Position numbers and translations under genes: made by a program. A DNA stretch of 63,272 nt, counting the filler, from Reticulomyxa filosa (Eukaryota; Protista; Foraminifera): NCBI GenBank assembly GCA_000512085.1. It is 16 parts of 16 records of this genome, joined end to end, with 100 filler letters (N's around TTAATTAATTAA, not from the genome) between each part and the next. Parts side by side here need not be neighbours in the genome. Positions count along the whole stretch, not along the records: positions 1 to 4,844 come from ASPP01023989.1; positions 4,945 to 7,516 come from ASPP01022018.1; positions 7,617 to 10,308 come from ASPP01019019.1; positions 10,409 to 11,829 come from ASPP01020999.1; positions 11,930 to 23,232 come from ASPP01044161.1; 11 more parts are not named here. One strand, written 5' to 3'. Within the stretch, counting starts at the first letter, position 1; the number at the start of each line of letters is the position of its first letter. Shown piece after piece: positions 1-13,019 of this stretch. The notes under the pieces were generated by a model. That model ran no database searches and was not told the DNA's origin. It saw only the letters and a list, made by a program, of their open reading frames with translations.

Positions 1-27
1 AAAAAAAAAAAGACCTTTTTTTTTTAC

Positions 28-467
28 CCGGACAAATAGTCCATAACCAAATACAAAAAGTTACGGTCTTCGTATACTTCGTACAACTGGACGATGTTTG
101 GATGATCGAGCTGTTTTTGAATGTTGATCTCGTTCTTCATGTGTTGCAAAATATCTTTTCGTGCATCCTTACCAATGTGATAAAATCTGGCTTTGTTGAT
201 TTGCTTCACTGCGTATATGGCATTGACTTTCGAATCTTTGCGCTTACAAGAATACGCGATCCCAAATGCTCCTGGAGCACCCAAAGGATCCAAAATTTCC
301 CACTCATCCACGAACCAACGGGGTGTTTCCAATGTTACCATTATTGTCGATCCTCGGTCACGATCGCGAATGCTGTCACTATTCATTCGCCATGTCCCTC
401 TCTCCCCTCCTAATGCTACTACATACGAACTTTGCTGTTCTAATTCATTTTGAAAATTTTGCGTCAT
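28..467 (-). CDS. CAMK/CDPK-group Ser/Thr kinase, first exon (3' part outside window)
   Basis: ATG at 467; LGAPGAFG Gly-loop, YAVKQINK (beta3 Lys), NEINIQKQLDHPNIVQLYEVYEDRNFLYLVMDY; GT donor near 27. Confidence 0.88.
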
Positions 468-857
468 TATTTTCTCATACTCCAATTCACACTATCCCTG
501 TTCTCCGAATTTTTTAGCTTTTTTTTTTGCTTTCAACTCTTTTTAAAAACAACACCAAAAAACATTTGTGACCTTATACTCTTAAATGTTATCTTTTCAT
601 CAGTTTTATCATTTCAAATTGTTGTGTATGTCCAAAGTTAAGATTTTGTACAAGATTAAAATTGTGAAACTTTGGCTATCACTTCTTTTTATGTTTTGGT
701 TTGTTCTCTCTTCTTTTAATCACAAATCTTTCCAATTTTCTAATCTCATTTGTGCTTTTTTATTATCATTGTGCAATCGATCATAAACAAACTACAACAA
801 GAGCAAAAAAAAAAAAGCAAAATGGACGCACGCTTGTAAAGTAAGTTTTTTTCTCAG

Positions 858-2058
858 ACGTCTTTTACAACAAAAAAGGGGGTTTTACAAAAGCGCCACA
901 AAAAGAATGCAAGATCAATCACGGAAAACTCGGTTGGCGACCAATGGCGCACCAATTGTTGGACTCTCTTTGTGTTCTTTTTTTTGATCTTTGAAAGGGA
1001 ATAAATTCTTGAACAAGTCAGTAACTTGGGAACAAACACAGTACAATGTTGTCCTCCTGGGGACCGGTGCAGTTGGAAAAAGTGCCATCACCTTGCGAAT
1101 TGTGAAAGACAAATTTGACCCCAGCTATGACCCAACAATAGAAGGTCAGTAAAAAGGGGATCTTTTTTTGGGTCCAAATTACCAAACCTAATGTGTATTT
1201 GTGTGGGGGGTGTATGTGATACATTTTTATTTTTGTATTACAAATCCAAATTTCCTTCTCGTAAAATGGGGAACTGATGGATGACCGATCAATGCAGATA
1301 GTTATACGTAAGTCCTGATTTTATACTGTGTTCTCGTTCCCTTTCTGATCCTTTTTTCATGAATGGTATATTTTTTATGTGTTTGTGTTCGAACAAACAG
1401 AAAAGCAATAGAAGTAGATGATGGAACAACAGTATTGGAAATACTTGACACTGCTGGACAAGAGCAATTTTTGGCCTTGCAAGAAAATTGTTTAGTTTGT
1501 TTTGTTTTTTTTAATTTTGTGAACAGTAATAAACAATTAAAAGAAACAAGGAAGCCAAAAAAAAAAAGGGGGGAAAAGAAGATCACCACAAAAAATTATG
1601 AACAAATAGAAAAGGGTGGACATTTTTTTTTTTAAAGTAGTTTTGTTTGATTGTTCATGCCCAAAAAAATACAAACACAAAATCTGAAAACGAAAGGGAT
1701 CAAACAGGGATTGGCCTTCATAATAGTATATTCCATCGACTCGGATCTGTCTTTCAAAGGGGCACAAGATATTTACAGTAAAATACAACTGATAAAAGAT
1801 GACAAGGAATACCATGTGGTTCTGTTTGCTAACAAACTTGATTTGGGTGATGCGAGACGAGAAGTTCAAACGCAACAAGGCAAAGACTTGGCCAAGTCTT
1901 GGAATGTCCCTTTTTTCGAAGGTTCCGCTCTTACTTCCACCAATATTATTGAGGCATTTGAAACAATTGTCAGATCCTGTAGAAATGGTAAACAAGGTCA
2001 AAACACCTCAAATAACAGTGGAAAAGATGCTGGTTCTGGTTGTTGCTTGATACTATAA
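858..2058 (+). CDS. Ras/Rap-family small GTPase, multi-exon, probably with N-terminal extension (5' end uncertain)
   Basis: GTGAVGKS P-loop, YDPTIEDSY effector loop (completed by micro-exon 1298-1307), DTAGQE (exon 1401-1489), NKLD, EGSA and CaaX end CCLIL (exon 1697-2058). Confidence 0.93.
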
Positions 2059-2780
2059 ATGCTTACTCCCTCTTTTTTTTTGTTTTGCAAAAAATTTATT
2101 GATCACTGCATGTATGTTAGAGACACAAAGAGATTTCAAGAGGAAGCAATCATGGTTTTGTTTTGTCCCTTTGTTGTCGGTGGATATAAATATGGGTTGG
2201 TTTTATTTTGTATTTTTTCTTCTGTGTCATTTTTTAAAAAATAAGACACTCTGACCATACGTTGTGTTTTTGTTCACTGGTTGATTATTGGCAATCGTGA
2301 TGGCATGATTTTTTCTGTAACAAGTTCAAACAACTTTTGTAGAAAGTTCTTCATAGTATTAATATTGGGGTGCATTTACCTTATTGTCAAACCAAGAGAT
2401 GTTGATGGGCAATATTTTTACGAAAAAAACAAGATAATACTAAAACTTTGCCTTTGTATTGAACGATTGACTTAGTGCGTATAGTTAGCAAGAGGCATAG
2501 TGTCAACCTTGTATAAACCCTACTTCATAAAAAAAAAGTGAGCATCAAAGCAAATGAACCATTGATCTCTTTTTTCAACAACTCAAAACTTTGTTACACA
2601 TGAAGAAAAAAATCACAAGAAAATTTCAACAAAAAAAACCAAATAATTCATTCACTTTAACACCCATTGCGTAGCCTTTTGGCTCAAACCAATCTTTTGG
2701 TTCAATTAGGTCCCTAGCAATAGCACAACAAAAAGGAGATATGTGAAAAAAGAAGGAGTAACACTATTAAAGTACATCTA

Positions 2781-4844
2781 TTACTTAACCCTGTTTTGTT
2801 TGGAATTTTTTTTCTGAAAACCAATTGTCATCAAGGAAGCCATAATGGATAACACGGCTTTTGGTTCGAGTGTTACTAAGTCTTCTGGCAATATAAACAA
2901 CTCCGCACCTTCTCTCCTTGCCAAAGTCATAGCATACTTTGCATTAGCCAGACGTTTTCGATACATATCTTCATCTTCTTCTCGTTTGTGTAAATCTTGC
3001 AAAGGAGTGACATCCCAATATACAATGTCATCCTTGACAGCACCAGGCAAGATTACTTTGAGTATTTCAATATAAAAGATGCACGTCGTTAGATGTCGGT
3101 CCTTGAATCCTTGAATGGCCTCGGAGTGACGGTCATTGGAATTGATTTGCAAAAGAGTGTTGTTGCACCAATCTAAAATATCCTTCTCTTCGACTGGTTT
3201 TCCGCCAAAGGACAGGGACGACAAGGTTTTCATTGCCTGAAACCGCATTATTTGCCACAACAATGAATGAATTATTTTCTGGTTACCATCGTGCAAGTCT
3301 TGTCCACTTGCATTTATCATTTTCAGATTCAAATCTCGCATGGCCACTTCCATAGCTTGTTTACCTTGTTTCGCATATTTTATTTGTATGAACACCCCTT
3401 TATATATATACACGAATAGCACACATAAAACGTTTGACTAGAAAAGTGGTATAAAAATGCGATCCTAATATACAAATATATGTATATTTTTTTTTAACAA
3501 TTATTCATTTTGTCAAATTTGTGGCGAACTTTATCTTTGTCTCTGACTTTTTCCCAATTGATGCATCCCGGCTTGACTTTGTCCAAAATTTTGCAAACGA
3601 CAACGCCATCGCTCAAATCCTTCTTTAAATTGTGGATCATCAAATCAGCAGGCAACAGAGAGTTGATGAAATTGCACATGGAATCATCGGCGGATTGAAC
3701 AGTGGTATCTAAATGAATGGATTGGAATTGCTTTTCTTCTTTTTTGGTGAGTTTGGACAATCCCGAGTTGGTGTCAAACACCTGAGCAGCAAATAAGTCT
3801 TGCAATAAGCGATTGTTATCCAGCAAGTCTTGCACCTCAATATTCGTTACCACCTTCCAATCCTTGATCGCAAAGTCGATCATATAACCGCACGCCGCCG
3901 CGGGGTTATCTGTGTACTTACTCACCGGCGCCCGCGACAAAAAGTCTTTATCAATCTCGGCCATTGTATTGAACATTTCCAAATTGAAGTCATCAATTTT
4001 TTTGTGCAACGGCCGTTTCTGCAAATTATTCATCCATCGAGGTATCCAGTGATAAGAAGTCAATTGTCCAATAGCTTCACTGTCTTCATTATCCGCTGCC
4101 AAACGAATTAATTCTTTATATGCATATATATATATATATATGTATATATGCATGTACTTATTTATTTTATAGTTCACTTCAAAAAAAAAAAAAAAAGGTC
4201 CCCCTTTTTTTTTTTTTTTTTTTTGTAAACACCTGGATGTTTGCTGACATTGAAATACGTTTGCAAGTGGCGATCACACAGGTCTTTCAAAAGCGCCAGC
4301 AAAACGGATACATTTTGTTTGGGGTCAACCCACGCGCTTGGATCAAAGGTAGGGAGACGCATGCCCAGTGCCTTTGCACTGGAGAGGATGAGTTGCACAT
4401 TGTCTTCGATTTGACCAAGCGGCAAAGGTATGGGCTCGGCCAAGTTCGGCAAATGAATGACGCGAGTATCCAAAAACTCGGGCTGCGCAATATCGACAAA
4501 GAGTCCGAGCATCACGCCGTCCAATAGTGTGGCCAGAATGTGATAATTGTCCAAGTGTCCTTGTTCGTTTCGTTTGACCGGCATGTACAATCGTCGGACG
4601 TCATTGGTGGTACTTATCACCGTCGATGAGGTTAACAGCAGCAACACGCGATCCAAGTAGGTGGCGTACATACGCAGTTCCTCCGATTCGTTCAACAGCT
4701 CCGCATCCACATAGTCTTGTGCGTTTTTCGATAGCACGACCACCTCGGTCCCTGTCTTTTCTTCCACCCAATTATCTCGCACCACAATCGACTCCACGAA
4801 GGCCTTGCGCTCCGCATCACGATCCAACCACCATTCTGGTATTG
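2781..4844 (-). CDS. Fimbrin/plastin-like calponin-homology actin-bundling protein, multi-exon, 5' truncated
   Basis: LLDGVMLG..IEDNVQLILSSAKALG (CH1), DLSDGVVVCKILDKVKPGCINW (CH3), DLHDGNQKIIHSLLWQIMR, ANAKYAMTLARREGAELFILPEDLV (CH4). Confidence 0.85.
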
Positions 4845-4944
4845 NNNNNNNNNNNNNNNNNNNNNNNNNNNNNNNNNNNNNNNNNNNNTTAATTAATTAA
4901 NNNNNNNNNNNNNNNNNNNNNNNNNNNNNNNNNNNNNNNNNNNN
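4845..4944. other. Artificial contig spacer (first of 15)
   Basis: 44 N + TTAATTAATTAA (stops in all six frames) + 44 N. Identical copies start at 7517, 10309, 11830, 23233, 29925, 35866, 37177, 38306, 40601, 47983, 49233, 58281, 59412 and 61922. Confidence 0.99.
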
Positions 4945-5047
4945 AGTCAAAAAAGGAAATGAAATTTATTATTCAATATTGGATTCAAGCTTCAAAGATA
5001 AAATTAGGATGGATCGATGATTTTGATAAAATTATTTTGAAATACAG
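4945..5047 (+). pseudogene. Fragment of the N-terminal module of the expanded WD40/Kelch families
   Basis: Translates KKEMKFIIQYWIQASKIKLGWIDDFDKIILKY, matching my recollection of the IIQHWIR..KLGWI.DFDK motif of R. filosa repeat families. Confidence 0.6.
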
Positions 5048-5390
5048 TGGAATGAAATAAAGTTTAACATATAGATATAATTGATTTTCGATGAAGAAAT
5101 ATCTATAAATTAAGTCATCCTTAAATATGTTTTTGTAAATTTTTTAAAAATTTACTGATTTGAGTATGTTCAAAAAATATTTATTAAAAAGATAAAAACT
5201 GTTATAAATATTTTTTCTTTGCAGAAATTGCTTGATCTCACTCGACATTATATTAATGTTGTTGCGATAATACTTTTTCTTTCATTTCCTTAAATTTACT
5301 ATCATAATTCCAAATATCAAACCAACCATTTTTTCAAATACTTCTTTATTTTGCATTTTAAATTAATTTTTCACTTTTTCACTTTTCAAA

Positions 5391-5490
5391 TAGTAGAATA
5401 AAAAAGAAAGTTGACACCTAAAATGGCACTTTATGAAGATAATTGATTTTTCCATAAAAAGACACATTAAATCAAAATTTTTTGTTTTTA
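5391..5490 (+). repeat. Solo Tc1-type terminal inverted repeat, same family as 23811-24798
   Basis: TAGTAGAATAAAAAAGAAAGTTGACACCTAAAATGGCACTTTAT closely matches the TIR at 23811. Confidence 0.8.
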
Positions 5491-5559
5491 AATACATTTT
5501 GATTTTAGTCTATAGCAGTATAAAGGGGGTCACTTAAGAAAATTCTTAATGAATATACT

Positions 5560-6270
5560 TACAGTGTCGAACGCGACATTTTTTTACAGCTTTTTGGACA
5601 CCATGTTTTATTGGTTGCATAAGCGTTTTTGTTGGCGCATTTGGGGAACGCCTGGTGAAACACGCTTGACAATGCTTCGCTTTCACAAAATTATACTGCA
5701 AGCACACATTGGAACGCCATAGTGTTTGGCCTGCTTTTCTGATCCATTTTTAATTTAAAATGTTAACAATCTTTAATTATATAGGATGAAAAACTTTTTG
5801 TTTTTTGAATATTTGGAACCAAGCCTTTAATGTCGCTTGATTTTGAAAACAAAAATTTTAATTTTTTTGCAACTTCATTTGAATAAATGTTTTGCTTCAT
5901 CAAACACTGCTTTCAGAATATATTGAATAAATAAGTCTCATTTTTTGTTGTCTCTTTGTTCGACTTTGTACTGGCTTGCTTCTTTTTATCAGCATTGCTC
6001 TTTTGATTTGCATCGCAAATGGCCCGGACCTGTTGGATGGTGGTCTTGGCATTGAAGGGACAAAACACTTTGACGCGTTTGTGTCTCGTTTGGAGTTCTT
6101 GTGCTTTTGAAACAGACTATAGTTGAAATGCGTTTGAAAGCTAATGTTGTTTTGATTGAGTCAAATTGCGACGCACCAAGTCATCCAAATTCAGCACCTA
6201 TAAATTCACATTGAACGAGCTGGCGACCCCCCATTTCGAACAACTGTTTCGAAATAGCAGAAATTGTTTG
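5560..6270 (-). pseudogene. Decayed gene fragment with degenerate RanBP2-type zinc finger
   Basis: WRSNVCLQYNFVKAKHCQACFTRR (about 5650-5719) fits W-x-C-x2-C-x3-N-x6-C-x2-C with the first Cys replaced by Ser; flanking frames are interrupted. Confidence 0.5.
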
Positions 6271-7320
6271 CATATAAAATTATGCAACCAAAAGAGTTAC
6301 ATAATGAATATATTTTTGCTTGTTAGTTTGATGCTATGATTCATATTACGTCACAATAGAAAATGTTATTAATTTTTTGTGTTAGTAATTAAAAAGAGAT
6401 ACAACGTGACTAATTAGTTTTTTTATTCAATTATGTGCGATCTTTTATTTCACTAATCAAGCAAGATGTCTCGCAAAAAAGGAAATTTTACTCCAATTCC
6501 GCATCAAGTTTGTTGACTCGTTCTTGTGAAAGAAGAAGTAATTTACATTTTATTTGAGCCACCGAGCAATAACACTTTTATCTTTCAAAAAGGATATCAA
6601 ATCAACATTAGGATTTGCTGGTTTTCGCTTTTTTCACATTACCTTTTTTTTTAAAGGAAAGTCAAGCTACTTAACATTAATAACATAAGTAGAACTACAA
6701 CATAAAAACCTACTGAAAAACAAGTTAAACAAGGCCAACATATTACCTTAACTCCCTTTCAAATTGATAGAATAACAAAGGCCGTAATGAACGCACTTTG
6801 TTGCCTTTTGGTTGATATGTTAAACGTAAATTGGAGATGAATTATTTAAGCATTTATAGTAGTAACAAAAATGAATGAATCAAACAATTGTAACCAATCC
6901 TTCACAGACATCCGATCATTCAAGAAATTACCAAGAAATGTATGCAACGATTGATAAAAAAAGTATTTGCTATTTATCAATTATTCAAAAAATAAAATTA
7001 ATATATTTGATTCAAATACAGTCATTCATTACAATTGGATATAATTTCATTGTCTTATTAAAATCAGAAAATGGGCAAGATAAAAACAAAAAGAGGCAAA
7101 ATGCTAAAGATGAGAAAATAAGTTAAAAAAGGTAAAAACAGCAATTCTAATTATTTACTTGTAATGATTACACTACGCTATTATGCAAACGTGTAAATCA
7201 ATAATATTACTGATCGTTGATAAATACAATTTATAGTGCAAAGTATTCTTCAATATATAAATCAAAACAATGCATCTGATTGAATTATTTAGCGTTAAGC
7301 CTCACAATCATTTAAACGAA

Positions 7321-7465
7321 TATAAAGACTCCCATTTAAAAAAAAAGCAAGTAAGGAAAAATCGAAAAGAAAATTTAGATCAGGCGGCACCCCAGGCGTC
7401 GCCCGAATTAAACTTTTCTTTTTGATTTTGTCTTACTTGCTTTTGTTTAGTCTTGGAGCATTGTA
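7321..7465. mobile_element. Fold-back (palindromic) MITE-like element
   Basis: Imperfect arms of about 70 bp around a 3-nt loop at about 7392-7394: AAAAGCAAGTAAGGAAAAATCGAAAAGAAAATTTAGATCAGGCGGCACC versus reverse complement AAAAGCAAGTAAGACAAAATCAAAAAGAAAAGTTTAATTCGGGCGACGCC; TA at both ends. Confidence 0.6.
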
Positions 7466-7616
7466 ATGAAGAATGAGTCAAGGACTAAAGGCCTATAAAA
7501 GGACCTAAGTGTTGATNNNNNNNNNNNNNNNNNNNNNNNNNNNNNNNNNNNNNNNNNNNNTTAATTAATTAANNNNNNNNNNNNNNNNNNNNNNNNNNNN
7601 NNNNNNNNNNNNNNNN

Positions 7617-8830
7617 TGTATGAAATTTTGTAAAAGGTAAGGGACCAGGACCATAATAATGTTTATAACTACCTCAGAAACGTAGTTACAATGTTTCTTA
7701 TTTGCGACTTCACTAACTGCTTCAGCACTCTCACAAGTTGAGATGTTGCTCGTAATGCCAGGACGGCCGATCTGTGAAATTCGTAAATAAGAATTTTTTT
7801 TTGTCTTTGATTAAAAAAAAAGTAATTGCTGACGTTTTAATGATGTTTTTCTTTCAAAAATATTTTTTGCTACTTTAAAAACATGAGATTTACACATACA
7901 AGAAATTTTGTCTTTGCTGCTAAGCAATTTTCATTTGCACAATAGCATTGCAAATTGACTCCTGGTTTTGTTTGTACCACTTCCGCCTTTTTTTCTTCTT
8001 TTTCAATTTGATTTTCGTTTATTTCTTTCTTCGCTGCTACTGTTTCCTCGTCTTTAATATCTTTTACCTTTTTTTTTTTGTATTTTTATAATACAATAAA
8101 ATACTGATCAAAAAGAGTTGTTATGAAACCTGTCCTATTTCATTATGCAGTTTTATTTCTTCTTTCGCTTCGTCAGTTACCTTTTTTATTTTTATTAAAA
8201 TTTCAAATTTAGAAAAGATAATTGAATTTGTGTTGACTTAAAGTTGCTCGAACGGTCTTTTGAAGCAAGATATGAGATGACAGATGATACACTTTCATTA
8301 AATTCTTCCAATTTACTCATCACTTCGTTCTTATCTGTAACGTTACTATAAAGGACCTTCAATAAATCAATTTCTTTTGCATATTGATCATTATTGACAC
8401 TACCATTATTTGTATCTTTGGTTTGCATGCCTCAACGAGTGTTCATTCTACCAATAAATACAAATCCATTTACTTTATCACAAGCATTTTTTTTATCCAA
8501 CACGACGTGTACATTACGACTTTCATTGATATTACAATAATTATTGGATGCGATAGCATTTGAATTTTTTTCAAAAAATACTGGTAAGTTATAATAAACA
8601 ACACCACCCGCACTCCAATCTATCACATCCGCACCATATGCGACGTTTTCTTTCGTTATATGGATGATCACAATATAGCGATCATCTTTGCTTTTTGTCT
8701 CATGATAAGTAATCATATCACAATCGAATATTAATTACATATTGTGTATTTGTTGTAATTTTTTTTTTTTTAAAAAAAGAATACTTGAGTCCTGGTTTCC
8801 GCATCATTCTTCACAAAACCTTTTTGTTGT
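7617..8830 (-). pseudogene. Disrupted member of a lineage-specific Cys-containing protein family
   Basis: ORFs 8432-8716 and 8195-8428 are in frame across a TGA; a downstream exon reads KPGVNLQCYCANENCLAAK (about 7915-7970). Confidence 0.5.
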
Positions 8831-10408
8831 TTGTATTTGGTGTCGCGAATGTGGCTCAAATCATTTTCAACAAAACAACATGTTTTTTGTTATGTGATCA
8901 TTAAAAACCTATGTTGTCCATAAATCCTTTTTCAGACATAAATATAATCATTATACCCGAATACGTTTGGATTGGAAACTTGTCTGTACAATCAGCCAAC
9001 AATGAGGGAAAAAAAAACAAAAAACTTTGCATCGTTTTTTACTCAAAAGATGTTAATTTTTTGTTTTTTGTCAAGTAGTCACTTTTTTTTTTTCATCACC
9101 TTCACCACATTCCCCCTCCAGTTTTACAAAAACTTGGATTTATAAAAAAAATATATGGTGTGTATGACTCCACTTTGGATACACGCAATCATACTGTGGT
9201 GACCACGGATACTTGCTTTATTATTTGCGTAGACACAGGTTGTTTTTTTTTGTTCCACATACATACAAAGACGCATGTATGTATTGAAAGTCTCTCGTTT
9301 TAAATATAAATTAAAAAAAGATACGTTATATACGTACGTAGTTTTTTTGTTTTGAACCGTGAAAAACTAGTTTTGTTATTAACTTTCTTCAATAATTGCA
9401 TTGGACATAATAGACATATTTTCCGCAAATACGATTTTTCCTGTGAATTGTCGTTATTTGTGCAATTTTTTTTTAAGAAGCGACAGAAAAACGGAGAAAA
9501 AAAAAAGAATGACTTAACTGTAGTAATAGATAACCAAGCTAATCTAATCTAATCTGATGACGTTCGACTTAACGGCTTTTTACTGCAAAGTTTGACGAGA
9601 AGCGCTATTTAAAAAAAAGCAGGTTCAGCAACCCTACAAAGTCTGAAAAAGGGTTTGTGCGATAAGTCGGAAAGAAAAAGGTGCAGTGATTTGTTTTTAT
9701 GTTTCGCATAGCTGTTTATACGTTGTCTCCTTTTTGACAAAAAAAAATCAACTGATGTTTAGCAATTTTTTTTTTTGTTTTTTTGCGAAAGGAATACTTG
9801 TTTAAAAAAAAAGTGTTGATGTGTACGATCGACAATATACTTTATACCCCTTCCATTGATTTAACGAGAGGAGAGTGATAAGATAGAGATTATGATTTTT
9901 TTATTTCCAAAAAAAAAATCTTAAAAAAAAAAATTCTTCATGACGTAAAAAACAAAAATAATAAAGCATATGATAGTGATCCTCGAAGTACCATGACATT
10001 TATTAAAAACGGAGAACGTTAAAACTTACTTTTACACATTCTCTGTTTTTAAAAACTCATAATTATCCCTTTATTTTACTGTGTTTTCTTTCTCAGGATC
10101 AGGATTGGTTGATTTTTCGGACATGAATCTAACTGGTATGTATCTTATACGTTTGAAAAGAAAAAAATTAAAATCCTTTTTTCAAACAACTGTCTTTAAA
10201 CTGTAAACATACAACATTTAATATAAACAATAAAAGGTTTTATGAATAATGATGCAATCCGAATCCAAGTATTTTTTCTTATTTTCCAAATTACAATTGA
10301 TTATTAACNNNNNNNNNNNNNNNNNNNNNNNNNNNNNNNNNNNNNNNNNNNNTTAATTAATTAANNNNNNNNNNNNNNNNNNNNNNNNNNNNNNNNNNNN
10401 NNNNNNNN

Positions 10409-10444
<36 letters not shown>

Positions 10445-10472
10445 AAGGGTAAATGTAAAAACATCGTGTACG

Positions 10473-11035
10473 TCAACACACTTGTAAAGTAACGAGGGAC
10501 CCATAAACGCCAGAACTAACGCGTTTGCTGAAATAATAAGGGAAATTGACAGTAGCGGAAGGATTGGGCTTGGTGGGTGAAGCCGGCGAAGATTGTGTAG
10601 TGGACGCGTGGGGTGAGTCGAGAATTCGAAAGGGTGACTTTGAGGAAGACTTCCAATCGAGAAAGACCATTTTGCCGTTCATCGACATGAGTTCGCCAAG
10701 CTGTCGGTGTGAGAGGAGATTCCAAAGCACCGACTTGAGACGCACGCGCATGTGCGAGCGTGCTTTTTTGGAGCGACAGGTGTACTGCCAAGCGCGACAG
10801 ACTAAGCCACAAGCACACCAAGTTTCTTGGTCGCAGAAGGAGAACACGATGACACCAATGTGATGAATGCAGTGATGCCAAACTTGGTCTTTGGCGATAT
10901 CTAATTTGTATTTTAAATGTTCGTATTTGTTGGATGCAGAAGTATCTCGAATTCGATTTTTGAGTAATAATTTTTTGCGCGGACTAGTTAAGCTTGTTGC
11001 TGTTGCTGTTGCTCCTGTTCCAATGGCAACATTTC

Positions 11036-11093
<58 letters not shown>

Positions 11094-11667
11094 AGCATTG
11101 ATACCATAAACAAACCCGTGACACAAATGAAGACCCTTCTGCGACAGGGAGCAATCCCATTGTTTGAGATGCGGGGATCATCATCACCTCACTGTTACGT
11201 GCCGTGCCTGGGGCACTCGTACTCTCACTGTTGCTCTCGATGCCGCTTCTGCTCCCACTTGCGCTTTCCCTTTTATCGCTCTCACTCTCGTTTGCACTTC
11301 TACTGCCACTCCCACTCGTGCTGAAGCGCTCCTTCATCTCGTCCACTTTGCCATTGTCCTGATCATCACTGCTCGCGTGATGCAGTGCTGTCAACGCGCC
11401 CGTCACGTGGTCGCGTGTGTCTTGCAGTCGTCGCTGCTTCGATTCGAACGCAGCCTTGCCTTCGATTATCGTTTGTCGCAACTTCTCCAAACACGGCACG
11501 TACCACGTCTGCGGATGTCGGCTCACACTTATATGCTTGCGCATCGACTCGCGCATAAAGTGCATCACTGTCGACGGATTGTTCTCAAAGTCCGACTTTG
11601 TTAATCCATCCTCTGTCCCCATCGCTTCCTCTTCGTTTCCCTTGCCTGTTAACGGCAGTTCTGCCAT
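10473..11667 (-). CDS. F-box protein, 3' truncated; intron or frameshift near 11010-11120
   Basis: IGVIVFSFCDQETWCACGLVCRAWQY is an F-box pattern; higher-GC coding-like sequence from ATG 11667. Confidence 0.65.
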
Positions 11668-13019
11668 TTCACTCGATAGAAATGGAAAGTCGCTATAATG
11701 TAGTGCGTGACCTTGTGCACGGAATACACTCCAATTTTGTGATACTTGTCTTTTCTTTTTTTCTTTCCGTTTTTTTTTTTTTTTTGAATACCAAAGGTGT
11801 CATAAGGTTGTTTTACTTTTTTTTTTTTTNNNNNNNNNNNNNNNNNNNNNNNNNNNNNNNNNNNNNNNNNNNNTTAATTAATTAANNNNNNNNNNNNNNN
11901 NNNNNNNNNNNNNNNNNNNNNNNNNNNNNTATTGAATGAAGATATGATATTTGATCATTTGGTTAGTTGTTTGCATTAGATTGAAAGTACTACGTCCAAG
12001 ACATAATGGAAATTACTTCTTTTTACTCCATGTAAGCAGATGTCTCAATCATTTGCTTTGGATAATAGCATATTAAAAAGTGAAAGCCTGTCGTGTGCAG
12101 GGAAGGACACTACAATTGCCTTCGGATTTGTGCTATTACTTTCGATTGAATAGAAGTAGAGAGAAAAATAGGACCAAAATATATCCAGGTAACCATTTTC
12201 AAATATATTGACGAACTAATTGTGACGGATTAATACCATATATGTATTTTTTCTTTCAATAACAAAAAAAAAAGTTAGTACAATGTTTGTACTCATTTGG
12301 TAAGAAGTAACATTTTGTATATCACATTGTTTGTATTTATATTACAATACGTATACTAAAAAAAAAATAGTATGCTTTCTATTTTGTGCAATTAATTTAA
12401 GACAATCTATTTGCAATGTTGGTAATTGAAACTGCTTTGCACAATGGAGTTAAAAAATTTACTGTTTTTTTTAAAGGACAATCAATTCTCTTCCCAACAA
12501 AACAAAAAAAATAACTCGCTTTCTAAAATCTCTTCTGGAATAAACAATTAATTATGCAAGCAATCGTTTTTTGTAAAATTAAGAAATTAAAATATCGCTT
12601 TTACGTTGTTATCATTATGATTGCTCATAGTAATGATGACCATCCATACAAGAGAAAATCAAAGCTTTATGTCCGATTTTTTTGGAGAAAGATGAAAAAG
12701 TAATTTCTTTTCGGATATTAGTTTTTTTAAAATGTTTATGCCAACATTCGGACTTTGAAAAATTTATAAAAACACTGAGTCTGATGAAGAAGGAACAACG
12801 AAGACACAAATGAACATAAAAAGCAATACTGATAGACTTATGGCAATAAAAAAATGTTTTCATCACAACCAGCATTGATAAACTTCATTCAATCTTGTTA
12901 CGTACCTTTTTTCAATATCGATGAACAATTTTATTGTAATACCTCAAATGTCCTAAGCAATCTCTGATTTTTTTCATTTCAAATTTTTTAATGAAAACAT
13001 TTTTGATGTTTCCGTATTA

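Noticed and set aside
5043-5100. TACAGTGGAATGAAATAAAGTTTAACA as another Tc1 TIR
   Set aside because: Weak similarity, no partner end, and equally explained as an exon end plus GT donor.
9553-9675. Hammerhead-like CTGATGA...GAAA with a CGACTTA/TAAGTCG stem
   Set aside because: Stem II does not abut the core correctly and I could not find stems I/III or a cleavage triplet.
11037-11092. (TTA)n, (TA)n and poly-A/T tracts as functional repeats or telomeres
   Set aside because: Ordinary microsatellites in introns or low-complexity coding DNA; they often mark contig breaks.
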